Positions 48,101 through 62,000 of a stretch of DNA of 64,000 nucleotides are shown one piece after another (within the stretch, counting starts at the first letter, position 1; every line of letters starts with the position of its first letter). The translations under genes and the position numbers were made by a program. The stretch is from assembly GCA_040954595.2 (NCBI GenBank), contig CM082590.2:11346655-11410654 (forward strand), read 5' to 3'. The notes below the pieces were generated by a model that was not told where the DNA came from, made no database searches, and saw only the letters and a program-made list of their open reading frames with translations. Source of the DNA: Balanoglossus misakiensis. Its lineage: Eukaryota; Animalia; Hemichordata.

Positions 48101-51100
48101 TTGCTCGTTTACCCGAGTGCGTTCCCCTTTCACAAGGTGTTAGCCAATCACATTGCCGGGTTCTATTTGCAGTCTTTCTGTCCGTTCTCGAGGCCACTAT
48201 TCGCGATCATTCTATCAATTCTCGGGTTACGTTGTCTATTCGCATTCTCAGTTATCGGTTTGTCATTTCATAAGTACTCTAGGTGTATATTCACAGTTAT
48301 TCTAAACTCGTCCAGTTAACTGTTATAAACGTTTTATCACTGTCAAGTTTCTTTGCGCAGCCGTGATATAAGTAAATGGGTCGTACCAGTGGCAGTGCTT
48401 TGCTTGTTGATTTGCCTCTGTGGGTGTTTATGTGGCGACTTTTACTCTCTGTCCGTGGAAGCAATGACTTTTCGTAGAGAAATTTGAATTTCACACGAGG
48501 AGAAAAGTTCCGAAATCTGTTGAATTGGTGGTGGCCGTTAATCGAGTAATGATCGTAATTTCTGTCTGGCAATACTCTGAAACTGTACCGATATTATAAT
48601 CAGATAAACTTTAGAAAATATATTGGAGCGTGTGTTCTGCTCATGTTGAGACAGCACATGAACATATTGGTTGTTGTTTGAACTGCTTACGTTGTTATTC
48701 ACTGCATAGTTTGTGATATCTGATAGCCAAGACATTCCATTACTGGCTATTACAGTGCACTGCGTCGCGTCTAATGTAAAGAGCCCACCTTTTAAATCCA
48801 TTGTTCTCATCTTTAGCGTGGCCGGTCGACCAACGTAAAGCCCCGGCAACGTTTTTGAGTGCTACCTGCCGACTTCTTTAAAAGCAAACTAATGCCTATC
48901 TAGTTTCCTAAAATTCTCCAACTGGAGGTACCGGCTAACAAACTACAAAGCTTTGTGTGGTTTTAAACGCAGAAGCAGTCAATAGTGAAGGACAAATTAT
49001 CCAAAGGGTCTAGTGGTAACACAAAATGCCACATTGAAAACTGTCTACCGCTGCAGAATCAATTCCCATCATGCATCACAACTTCATTCATGGCTTTTTG
49101 TAGCCACACTTCTTGAATTAGCCGCTGGGTTTAGTTGCCATCATAACCTTGATAATACCCTTGACACTTTTCCTCCTGGCCAGAAACTTCACGACCACTT
49201 CCCTCCCTCCCTCTATTGGCCAGGCCAGCAAATGTCGGCCAATATTTCCAGCATGGCCGCCACTATCCAGGCTGCTTTCAACGCAGTTTTCTCTCCTACT
49301 TCCAATTCACGTTGGGATTCGAAATGCAGATGATTTTGTCTCGTTCTGAGGTATTGAAAGTAATCTTTGACTTTGGCTGTGTGGGAGGATGGGGGAGGTG
49401 TGATTTTTTTGGGGTATCGTTGAGTAGGGATCTAAAACGGAAATCACAATTCCTCCGACCTTTCGGCCACACTGATGATTGTAAAGCGAAGTCTTGTTTT
49501 AATGTCAAACTCACTAGATCAATCGTTCTGACCAATTTGTTCAAGTGAAGTTCTCAATTTTAGTGTAACCGATAGGCTCTCTGTTTCGTGCCGCCATGGC
49601 TAACTCGAATTTTTCAACATTACTTTGTGATGGCTTTCCAAGTCCTTTGATTCTTTTGTTGTGGAATATTCGAATCATTTCCTTCTGACAATCGATAAGC
49701 ATGCCATTAGAATGATGGAAATTACAAAATGGAGGCCGTCGACGCATTCCACCAAAGATGTAGAATGGATCAGGTCAAGGGTCAGGCTCCATCCTGCCTT
49801 CAAGTTTGTTTGCGTAAAAATTTAGTGGTAGGGGTCACAGCAAAGGAGTGGTGAAGCAGAGGCGAGCGACTTTTCCGACAAATTGCAACAGAAGAGCTAA
49901 AAATAAACAGGGCCAGGTATACTCAGTATATTCTGAGTGTTACCTACTCGTGTAGTGAAACATAACAAAGGAGATCAAATTGTATTCCTCACCATTTTCG
50001 CATTGGTATATATTCTCAAACTGTAGTACCCCCGCCACAAGAAACAATTTTTGACTAAACAAATACAGATCTATATGTGACACAATTTTATTCTTCTTTC
50101 TCGGATATACGTAACCTCGTGATTTCAGACAGGGCTTTGCCGACTTTCGTGGACTTTGAACTATGTTGAAATTGACCATTATAAGCAAATATCCCCTGAT
50201 AAATCGATAGATCTATACCAGTGCTGTTTGTGCGATACCAGTGTAGTTTCCAAAATGTAGGAGAAAAATGTTGCTCCAGTCGCTTACTATAAAAGGACCA
50301 ATCATTGTGCTCTATGGATAAACATGGCTAGAGGATAGTAAGGTGGTTGGGATAAGCCTAGCCTAGTGTGTGAGTCTATCTAAACACACTGGGTATGGTG
50401 ACCAGGCTAGGATAAGCCTATTAAGTGTCAATCTAAATGGATGTTTTGACAGCTCATGCTTGCCTTTATTCCCCAATTTGTTATGTTGTTAAGTCAACGA
50501 GCCCTGCCCCAGGCCTTCTGGACTCTGGTGTCGTTAGCAATTTTCAACAAAACCGAACAAAATGGCATATTATGGCAAACAAAGTGGAATGAAGGCTTGA
50601 GTTGAGTGTCTTTGTATGTCTTCAATTGTTTGGCCTCCACTGTTTCCACAAAGGAAATAAATGAGCTGCGTGCCAGTCTGCTAGACGGGGTTAGCTCAGT
50701 GAATAGCCAAACGCTCACTTCAATCACAAAATTAGCCAAAGCATTGAATGGTGTGGTTCCCAGCATAGATATAGGGTTGTCCAGTGTACACGTATTACAC
50801 AAACACTGGTTGACGGCCGCTGCTATCCTTTGTGTATTTGCTTCCTTAGAAGCTGCGCCAAGGGCCCTTGCCTTCTTACAAGTTTGGCTTTGCGCCTCAC
50901 GGGTGTCCCCTTAAAAGACTATATTATGTCCGACAATTATTGAAAGCCTACCATGCTTGAGAAATGGTCTTTTTGGTCGAAAACAAAGAGTGACAGGTTG
51001 GCAGTGTTACTGGTGCCTTAGTAAGGACACCAGTTGAGCCAAGGTGACAAGCGTAGCCGACATTATTTGATATATCAGAATTCTGTCTGACTCGAGTGCC

Positions 51101-54100
51101 GGATACGCCACAAGTGGTCACAACGTTTCAGTTCAAACTTTTAAGGTTTAACAATGATTGATTCGGCGGAAACGCCAGACACGGTGCCTTTAGTGAATTT
51201 TCGCGCTGTGTTGTAGTTTTCTTTACTTTGAGTCGGAATCCTACAGAGATAGACGGAGACAGAGAATTGTAAAAGTTTGAATCACCGTGTCTGCATGGAG
51301 TGGGTTGTATCTTCATGGTAACGCAGTATGTTGAGACATCACACAGGGAAGGGATTATGAACAATAGTGAAGATGTGAGTGCGGACGGGAAGTGGGGAGT
51401 GTCTATTGTTGACATATTGTAGACCGCAATTAAGTATAGTGTGACTAAAATCACTTGTGGGAATAAATGGACAATAGTTGTTCTACTTAATGGCGCCATA
51501 GATAGACACGTTTTCACAGTTACTTTGATTTCTACACAGATTGACTTGCTAACACACTGCGTCTTCTCATAGAACAAGTCTTGATTGATGTTTTATTTTT
51601 CACAGTGCGTTCATCCACTTTCACACTGCATAGCGTATCAGTTGAAACGCCCACTTAGAGTAGGTCGTCGTCGCACGTATTACTTTGAACCAGCTTCTAT
51701 CAAAATGAAATATTTAGTTTCACAAATCCATCCTGATTTTATTTGACTGTGAATGTGTCCATTTTACCAACTGAAAACTTGATGTGCGTTGTGGATGTAA
51801 CAATGATGTGTGTATAGAAATCCGGCAGGGAAAAAAAACTCAGCAAAGTTTTCAGAACTCCAGAAGTTACGTCACCAACCCACTCTCATGTACACGCTAC
51901 AACAAATACATTTTCACAGATTTCGTCGGCGTCGCTTTTGATCCAGGACAAATATTTTCTTTTCTAATTACGCTGGTTTCTATCGAGAGATCAAATGGGA
52001 CCAGACATTACTTTTTGTGCCATAACGTCATAGAAATGGCATTTTCGTCACTTTGGTGTTACTCTTTTATCGAAGTATTGTAAATCAGGCACAAACATTG
52101 GGAGATTTACAGACGGTCCACAGTTCTTAGAGAAAGAATACTTACGCCAATCGATAAAATTTCACATCAAATGTTTCGTCTACAATTTGACAAACCGCGA
52201 TTCTTGATTCTGCGAAGGGGGGCACCAACATTTTCCAAACCACGATTCTTTTTGAGAGGAATGCCAGTTTAAGGGACAGTGTACGAAAGACGACCAACAA
52301 ACAATTATGAGAAATTGGACTTGATTTGTCATGCCTAAGAATTTCACAGTATGTTGCTAGATTACATGCAATGATTGCATGTATTCATTGTCGTCACTTC
52401 TCTAACATTTTACTTGCTTGGCGGCTTTGACGTCAAAAGACGCTTGATTTTTTTAATTCTGTGACAAAAAATCGCCATTTGTCTGTCCAGTTGCCGTGGT
52501 TACACATAAACACAGGCGGCACTTTTATCATGTTTATGAAAATCTTAACAACACGAGAATTGCAGTTTTATTTGGCACCTGTGTAGTCTGGTCGGAGTGT
52601 GGCAGTCCAGTCATTTATAGTAAAACTTCTAACAATACCATGTAGTGATTTCTTCGCCCACACGGAGTTAAGAAGAGGTAGACTTAACTCGGCATTTCCT
52701 TCATTTTTTTGGTGAAACCAGTGTCACGTGACATCAAATACGCTTTGGGCAGAAATGTCTGTGATGTCGTAGTCTTTCTTCGGCTTAAACATTTAACCAC
52801 AACCCCTCTGGGGAATGTGGTTAAACGTAGAATGAGGTTTTATACTTCCATCTCGGTGTTAACCTACTAGAATGTTATTGCAGGTAAAATACCGTGTCAG
52901 ATTGTTGAAATAGGAAATGTCCCCTTCACTCGGTACATAACGACGGCATCTCATGGCGTAAAATATCACAGGTATTTAGAAATGGGAGAATCGGGTGTGT
53001 TCATTGACTTAAGGTGGGTTATTCCGTTGACATTTGTCTGTGGGAAATCCCATTGACAAAGTCAAACTATCTAGGCGTATAGGTAACACTAATCTGTGGC
53101 AACCACACAGAGCATGTCCAAGGTTTCAACACACAACCCGCTAATCATCACATAATTTGAAGGTCGCTACGACTGAAATAAGTGCTTTTCTCACGTGCCG
53201 TCAACGCCGCCCCAGCGGCGGCGCTAGGGCGGCGTTAATTTGTAAGTGCCACGTGTGAAAAGGTGAGAGCGGCCCTGCGCCGCTCTTTTTTTGTGACGGT
53301 GTTGAGGGGTGGGACCTGGGTCGGGGCGCCGCACTAAACAGCGATTCAAATCACGTGTGAACAGAAACACCGCACTAAACGCCGATCTAAACGCACTCTG
53401 CCGACGCGGTTTGAGGGGATACAAGTGGCAGTTTCTAATGAGCTTGCATGTAAAATTACCCCTCTGAAAAGAGCGATGTTTAGCACCTTGCTTAGTCAAC
53501 GGTCAATTTGCCTTGTTGCTGATGGTCATCAGTAAAATGAGGAGCCCCAAAACCTACAGGCAAAGCCTTGAGGTAGTCGGAACTTACTGCAGCTGGGGCT
53601 CTGCTGAAAAAATTGAGACGCCCAGTGGAAGTGGTAGTGAAACTTGTAGCAAAGTTCATGGTGATAATTGCTAGGCAACTAGGTCTTGCCATTGTCTGGC
53701 TAAAAATACATCCCTGTGCGTGAATAAATTAAAAACGTCTTTGTCCCAAGGGACCAACTCAAAGCCACATCCCGGTATGCTTTTACTACTAGCATGGAGT
53801 CATGCTACTAGTATATTACGCACTGGTTTCAAAGCTGTAAGACTCACAGGCGGTACCGTAGAAGCGCTTATACTTATAGGATGACTGTACAAAAACTGGA
53901 AAAGTGTGGATTTTCTCGGATCTTCCATTTATTTGATGTGGAACAACAAATGGGACAAGTGGCGAAATGTGTCCTTGATTTTCAATCGCACCATGAAGCC
54001 TATTTGAACCTAATTTGCATAAATGTCCGAGTGCGGTGATCCCGTCCCTTTTATACACATGTGAATGCAAAACTATTTGAGTCGCTGATAAGAAATGTTT

Positions 54101-54660
54101 GCCAACTTTTATAATCCAAAAAAGGGCGCCCTAATCATTGCACGTGTGCAAGCGACAATAGTTTCTCCGAATTACGTGTGACACTCCTGTATGTCGTCGA
54201 ACGTGACATGCAGTAGAATGGGAAGACTCTAATTCTAGACTTTAAGTCGAGTCCTGGTAAAGACGGAGAACTTATCAAAATTCAGCACTCGCAGCTAATG
54301 CGTAATTTACTCTCTTCATGGTCCCACTAGAACCGAAAACTTTATAAAAGGGCTATTATGAAAAAATACAGCCAATTGTCAAGCGCCCTCATAAGTTCAT
54401 AAACATAAATATCTGATATACGCAGGTGATAGACATCAGACAATTTGACTGACACCAATGTACAATTGTTCGATCCAACACACCAAGTTGTTCAAGTAAG
54501 GTAATACCCATGAAATGTTTGACCGCTACAATTGTGTCGCTTGCCAGCTCGTTGACCGGAGTGTGGGTTGGGATAATTTCAGTCATTATGATATTGAAAT
54601 TAAGGTGTAATTACAACATTAATTTCCAGTAATTTAAATGACAACAGCATACTGTATGTA

Positions 54661-54734
54661 TACATACATGTAAATACATACATACATACATACATACATA
54701 CATACATACATACATACATACATACATACATACA

Positions 54735-54799
<65 letters not shown>

Positions 54800-54891
54800 C
54801 ATACATACATACATACATACATACATACATACATACATACATACATACATACATACATACATACATACATACATACATACATACATACATA
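54661..54891. repeat. (TACA)n microsatellite, about 230 bp with two short interruptions, about 0.8 kb upstream of the hedgehog ATG
   Basis: Seen directly; it produces the spurious MYVC-repeat ORFs. Confidence 0.98.
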
Positions 54892-55552
54892 CACACATGT
54901 ACATATTGCTGTGATACAGACTTGCTTCATTCGTAATGAAAATATTTGGTCGATTCTCAGAGGACTTTGATTCCAACAACATATTATGTTTTGAAGTATT
55001 TGTGACTTTGAACTTGTGCTTGTTAACCCTCTCAAATTGAACCGTTGTGTTTGTGTCATAAATGTAGAAACCTTCGTTGAAAATGTTCTCATGGCAAGAA
55101 CATTTAGCAATAAGAGTAAAATAGGGCAAAATCCATTTTTCGTCGTCTTAGAAAGATGTCATGTTCGAGGTTGTAATCTGTTAACTGTGCATGGCTTTGT
55201 GTCTCAGTTCGAAAATATGATTATTTGTAGAGTTTATTCCAGGAGTAAACTAAAACTGTGTGACTTTGTGGAAACTGGACTGAGCTAAGTGAGGTGTCTA
55301 GCCTTGTCGAGCATGGCATGGAGACATATAATGAGTGCTTGACAGCTATCAAGAAGCATCGACCAATCAGAACCCGAGTATGTGTGTGAATGTAATCATG
55401 TTGATTTTTGCAAGTCTTGGTGTTTGACAGATTTTTAGTGTTTAGCCTAGACGACACAGGGGCCACAGGTATCGGCGCACTCTTCAAAGAATACGACAGT
55501 CTTTTCAAGATTGTAAAAGTCTCCAACTAGCACAGGTAGATCGCCAGTCTTG

Positions 55553-55560
55553 TATATATA
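55553..55560 (+). promoter_or_regulatory. Candidate TATA box of hedgehog
   Basis: TATATATA about 150 bp upstream of the ATG; CCAAT at 55363. Confidence 0.45.
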
Positions 55561-55706
55561 GGTGTGTCGTTTATCATTGGAAATTATGGTGTGCGGACGG
55601 AACACACTGACGACGCAATAAGACTATGTCTGTATCACACGGCAGTGCAGTCGAGATGAAATAAGATCTTGTCTTGTCAGTTTCTTCATCCAATAACGGG
55701 CAAACT

Positions 55707-56006
55707 ATGAAATTCCAACACAGTCTCCCAGTTACGTGGATGCTGTTGTGTCTTCTTTTACCCGGTTGTCTGCCTTGTGGTCCAGGTAGGAATTCACGCA
55801 AACCGTCGGGACCTAGCAAATTAACAGCTTTCCACTATAAACAGTATACCCCTAAAATATCGGAAGATACGGTCGGTGCTAGCGGTGCACCGGAAGGTAG
55901 AATAACGAGAGACGACGACAGATTTAAGGAGTTGACACCAAATCATAACTCTGACATCATTTTCAAGGATGAAGAGGGCACTGGGGCTGATCGTTTAATG
56001 ACACAG
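55707..56006 (+). CDS. hh: Hedgehog protein, coding exon 1 (signal peptide and start of the Hh-N signalling domain); the gene continues beyond the window
   Basis: [23 protein letters not shown]|[57 protein letters not shown], ending at the conserved phase-0 donor CAG|gtgagt. I did not find exon 2 (RCK.KLN) in the remaining 8 kb. Confidence 0.97.
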
Positions 56007-59000
56007 GTGAGTTCGGTAATTTCAACTCAATTCGTATGAAGGTAATTGAGATGGAATACATCTCTCTCGGGACGTACTTCATGCCCATTGTCCGACCTCA
56101 AAACTAAGCGTAGCTATCAAAATTGACTTAGAAATACTCTATTATTTCGTCTAAACTGCATACAAAAGGTCGGCACGCGCTGTAGTTCGACCTGCCGTGT
56201 AATGTGGATGTTGGCGAAAGGCGAAACAGTCAAGGTGTGCAGTGTGTAGTTATCAGTATTAGCTTGAACCGTGCTTTAGTCTAATCTCAGCACGTTTTAA
56301 TAAGTGATCTATGAACATAACTAGCATTATAGTAGTTCGGCCTTCCTCGCTCGTCGACTGTGTACACATGTAACAGACGACTGCTGATGTGACTTGGGAT
56401 CGCTTTTAATAGCTCAAGCATTGATCACAATCTGTATTCCTTGGCAATGTTTGGTCACTGTCATTGGTGCTGTGTAATGACACCTTTAATTTCGTGAGTT
56501 GAATAGAATGCTGGCATGGTTCTAAGTGCTAGTAAGCTACAGCCTGAGCTTAATGGCAATGTACACACTCGTACCACGCCTGCGTTCAAATCTTTGCCCT
56601 GCGTTTTTTGACTTGCGTTGTTGTCCTTCGCCAGGAATCTTGTCACAAGAGCGACGGCATTCTTCAGGATTTTTTTCTTCGCATTAGTTCCAGTATAAGC
56701 CATTTTGTTGTCTTATTTTGAAAACTAATGCAGATTGCCTGCCTGTGGCTTTGTCTAATAGTGGCTGGGATTTTGTTTTGCCACTTGGCTCTGTTGACAG
56801 CATATAAACCCAGTAATGTTTGTACAGGACGAAGCATTGTAAACGTCGGCTTTACAGCAATGTGTGCACACGAAGGTTGACAAAAAGCATCGTTAAAACT
56901 GGCTGAGCAATGAAAAGATAAAACCATGTGTACTAGTTAGGGATACTACCGTGTAAAATCACGTATTTTTGATGAAATGTCGGCGTCGGTGTTGTACCGA
57001 TAAATGGCGCTTGTAGAAAGCTAAGTTGTTTTAAAAGTTCAGACACATAGTATAGTCAGTTGTCGATGGGTGTTTGAAAAATGTTGGCAGGCATACCGAA
57101 AGACAAATTCAGGGAAGTTGACTTGACACTGCAACGTGTTATCCAAATTTTGGCTTCTGATTTGCAAATGAAAATCATGCCGGTAGATCTGTCCATGATG
57201 AAAACATTGAACCATAGACCCTAGAGTCTATGATTGAACTAAGGCAATAGCTCTCCGGTGTTGAAGAAAGAAGCTGAGATTGACGTTACCAAATACAATG
57301 AAATACGCCAACACTAGTTGATAGCCGCTGCTTGTCTTACTTTCGTAGCCAAGAATCATAAATTAGTGAATGGTACGTGTGGTTAATTCTAAGTGACTTT
57401 GCCAATGGATATTTGCATATTCAGATTCAATCAATTCAACAATTGCTGTGCATCTTCAAGGTCGTGGAAAACTCGGTTCGCTTAAGAAATGTTCGTTGCA
57501 GGAATTCCTCATTTTTATAAATGTATTAATTTTGAATTGTACATGTTCTGATTCCGCCAGTCGCTGCACGTAAACTGATTTTCTCAAACTGTAACACCAA
57601 TCGCTTATGCAAGTACAATTTAGACACCTATATGAACGACCTATCTTTGATTTAGGCTTTAATCCTGAATGAATTGTGCAGCGAGAGTTGGCATGCTTGC
57701 TTGACACAGTTTGCCTTATCGTGTCTTCCTCTTGGGTTCGCACATGTTAATTCGGAAGGACGCCTGCACGCCATTGAAATAATTAACCATAGATTTAGAA
57801 ATGAATCAGACACAGTGGCTCGACCGGACACCATTCAAACCCTCTATTGATAAGCTATCTTCTTATTATCAAATCTCGCTAAGGTGTCACGAATTGTCTG
57901 AGTCCAAATTAACCTGAGGGATTCTGTCCCTGTCAACCTGACCCCTGTCTTGTCCTCGATGTTGCCGTCTTCTATTCTCTATTTTCTGATTTATTTTTAT
58001 TCCATTGATGGTCGGCTAATTCAGTGGAGGTGATGTACAATGAAATACAATTTCCATCCATTTCATTCTGTATAATTTGGTTTGCTTTTTCTAATTCATA
58101 TTTCAAGTCTAAAAATACACAATTCTCCATCTTATCAGCCGGCTCTTAATTTTATTCCGAATTTCATTCATTTATAATTGTCGTTTCCGGTTATGGCAAT
58201 AATCCTAGCGTGGTCCCACCTATTTTGTAATATTTCCTTACCGAAGTAATTTTACCATTTATTAGTGAAAATTCGAAATCAGAAACTCATCGACTTTTTC
58301 CCGGATGTAAGATGGCATTTCGTGGCTCTACATCACCTTGTCTATTTTTCCTTTAATAATTGTCATTTTTCTCGTTGATAATTTTATTACGACTGTATAT
58401 GAAGTGTTGTCAATCTTAAGCACCATTGATTGTAATGAATGTAAATCGGCTGATGAACTTATCATAATACACACAGACCCAAGTCTAGGAAATTCTACCT
58501 TTAGACAAAGGGGTCTGATTGTAGTAAATTTTCAAGGTTGCATTCGAAAAAAATCCGCGGCACCAAGGAGAATGAGTGACATGATGTGAAAGCCATGCAT
58601 GAATCTTCAGGAAGATTCTGCGGCCCCGGAGACGATGGAAGAATGATGCGTGCGCGCGATAGCTTTGCTAGAATAGTTTAGGCGAATAAACATTTAACAT
58701 GTCGATATTTTGTGAATTTGGTGATGAAAAACACAAATATATTGTTGTGGCCGATTATATTTTTTATTTTTCTTGATTTCTCGTTCAGCGCATCTCGAGG
58801 AAGAGTCGTATTAATACGCATTGTCTCAAGCCTCTCAAATTCTCGCGTCGGAAGACACACGGACCCAAAATCTCGCAAATTCGCGATAGTGTGAGATCAA
58901 TTCCTCTCCACACCCTCGCAGGATCAAAAGTGCCAAGACACAGACGCTCATTGGTGACTAAACGTTTGATTAACAGATTCAATGTTTCTAGTTGTGCTCA

Positions 59001-62000
59001 CTTTACAGAAAAATACGTCTCTCATGTGAGAAAACCGCGTACGAAATCTTAACCAAGGTCCTTGGGGCGTAAGATTCTATTATTCCCGATGGTGACACAC
59101 ATTTTGAGAGCATTTTCTCGAGTCGATTCGCTTTAACTTAGGTTATTTCCTCCTATCATGTTTTCTCGCCACTCGAGTTATTGAATCAATTAATTTATGT
59201 GTCAGTTACAACTCACGCCTGTGCTAGTCTATTCTGAATTATCACTCATTTGTCTAGGAAGTGTCATGCCGCCTTAAAGTGGATACTTGGCACAATTAAT
59301 ACTGACATACATGCATGTACTACTAGTATATACATTTATTTATCCGTTACTGAAGGATTTAAAAGTTCACTGCTATAGTTGGATATAACCATCAATGATA
59401 TGCATTGTGTTGGCCATATAATGTGTCCACGTGAAATACATATACCAATATTAATCATGAAATAATGGAGTTAACACTTGGTTTTCCCAAAAATGTTGAC
59501 CCCCATCGCATATTTGAGATATATGATTTAAATTGATTCTTTTTGAGCATCAACACGTACCACGGCACTGAATGGACTATTATTATCGAATAAGCGTTTA
59601 CACTTTAGTCCTCTTTTAAAATGTTGTTTATCGGCATTCTTGTGTACTACTTAACTACCTAGCCAAGGTCGACATTGTGCATACTAGTGTTCTGTCAAAC
59701 TGACGTGTTGGCATTTCGAATTGGAGCGCTACTTGGAATGGGATTACACAACATACCTGTGCCGGTGATTTCAATCGTTATTTCCATAAAAGGATGTCTC
59801 GTGTACTCGCAACATTGTCATTTGTCTTATATGCGAATGTGAATCAATAATTGCATGATTACTACATTTACATTTTGATTTCATGATATCCCAGTACATG
59901 TCAATTTGCGTCTTGCCATCGTCCGATCCGCACGACTTGGCTGAGTCGACCTGCGTTAAGTTTTGAGAGAGGTTCAACTGCGCATGTCTGACATTACCAC
60001 AGCTAAATTAGCCAAGGTTTCCTATCCTGATAGATGTCGTGTCTATTACCATAGACGACATCTACTGTCTATTCTAACACGCCATAAATAAGTGTGTCTA
60101 TTGTCTGTGGGTATGACATTTTAAACTCATTAACAGTACAGACAATTGTGTTATGCAATTACACACAGTCTGAACCCAACGTTTGCACGAATGTGAAAAT
60201 CAGCCTTACTCAACTTCCACTTTAATGTCATATTGTCATATCAACTTTATTTCAAAGTAAGGAGTTATCTTCAGGGAGTTGACTCCGTGTTCAAGAGTTG
60301 AGGCTCGATATTTTGTTTGAAAGTAGTTCATCATATCGCAATAGTGGACCACTTGATGCCAGGAAAGTGGACGGCCACTTTCGCCGATTTTGTTTCTTGC
60401 GCGGACTTGCTTGTTACATGCATTGTGGGTAGGTTCGAGTTCGTAGGCAACATGTCAGAGTATAATGTCCGATTTAAACGGAATTACTCGGTTTTGAAAA
60501 TAAGAACCATCGACACAGGTGTTTTTTAATTTTTCTGCTGATGTATTCTTATCTGTGGTTTATCTATGCAGTGATGCGGCATCTATGTTTCTCTATGGTT
60601 TCTTATCTGTGTATGTCATATACATAGCTAGGCTACCAAGTGCCTACGTCACTATGACCACTTGCTAACAATAGCGTTTAATCCATTTGAATATATGGCA
60701 ATAAATACTTCAAAATTGTCGCACACTTCAATACGAATCTGCATTAAGCACAGGCAATCGACCAAAAATGACGCCAGGGTATACAGTTCACATTGGTATT
60801 TTGTCATGTTTAGCTGTAAATTCCCGGTTTTTGCATGCTGCCCATTATGACGATGTTGGAAACCCTCTCTTTATCTAGTCACCAGAACTTCAGTCAATGA
60901 CCGATCAGAATCGACAGTTAATAGTCTTCTATATCAGCCCGTCTCTTTCAGTATTTTGTTTTTTGTTTTTAGCAAGAGTCTCTAATACAGTATTTACACG
61001 ACACCATATACCATATGTACGGATATCCTCTGTCCGACTCACTCACCAACTCTAGATCACTCCCTCACTCACTGTCATAAACTCGCCCCATCACGAGTCC
61101 GGCCCATTAAGTGATACACAAGGACATACATTACGCGACCAGGTGCATCCGGTTTGCCAATCACTGGTTCATGCATAGCGGTGCAATCTGATGTCACTCT
61201 CATTGTTTTCTCATTTGTCGATCTACGGATTATGCTAATCAACAATTAAAACTTCGATTGGTGCCGCTTGTCTGCAGATGTTTAATGGTAGCAATGTTAA
61301 TATCTCGATGTCTGTCGTCTTGACGAGTTTATTAGAAGCCGCCGGTAATTTACCTGAAATTAATGTCATTTTTACAACACTTGGTTAAAATCTGTCTACG
61401 TTACAAGAGATGAAGATATGCCAAATCAACCCGTTGCCTGGTTTTCATCACAATTTATCACACATTTTAAATAATTTGTTATTATAAATGGGAGGTTTAG
61501 ATATCATTAACTAAAACCTTGTTCCGAATAAATATTTGTTGTCATTCGGATCATAAGCATTGCAAATGCTGAAGGCTACAAACCAAGTTAATTGAGATTT
61601 GGAACAAACAAGTCACTTGACCAGGCTCAAGGATAATTCCATCATCTGGTCTAACAATTTTATTTTGTGCATATAGATAGATCTACGCTGGCAAGTTTAC
61701 AGTTCGTCATGTCTTACCTATAAATGATTCAAACCACTGATATTTGGAAAGGAATGATTGCTTACGCATTTATTACATTTCAGTATTATATAATTATTGT
61801 TGGTTGTATGATTCTGGTTGGTTATCGTTGTTAGTGTTTGTACCAAATTGCATTATTTTCGTTGGTTGTATTTTAACAGTATTTTTGTGGTTGCATAACA
61901 TAATTGTCATCATGTCCACTCCACCTGTGCAACAACACTTAACTAGTAACTGAGCTTTTACCTCTTCTACCAGTCTGGGTCTCATTGTGGTTGCATATCA

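Noticed and set aside
54600-55129. ORFs with MYVC repeats
   Set aside because: They are translation artefacts of the (TACA)n microsatellite.
46300-55500. Protein-coding gene between NHEJ1 and hedgehog
   Set aside because: Only short ORFs without family motifs or a consistent exon chain; treated as non-coding, though a lncRNA cannot be excluded.
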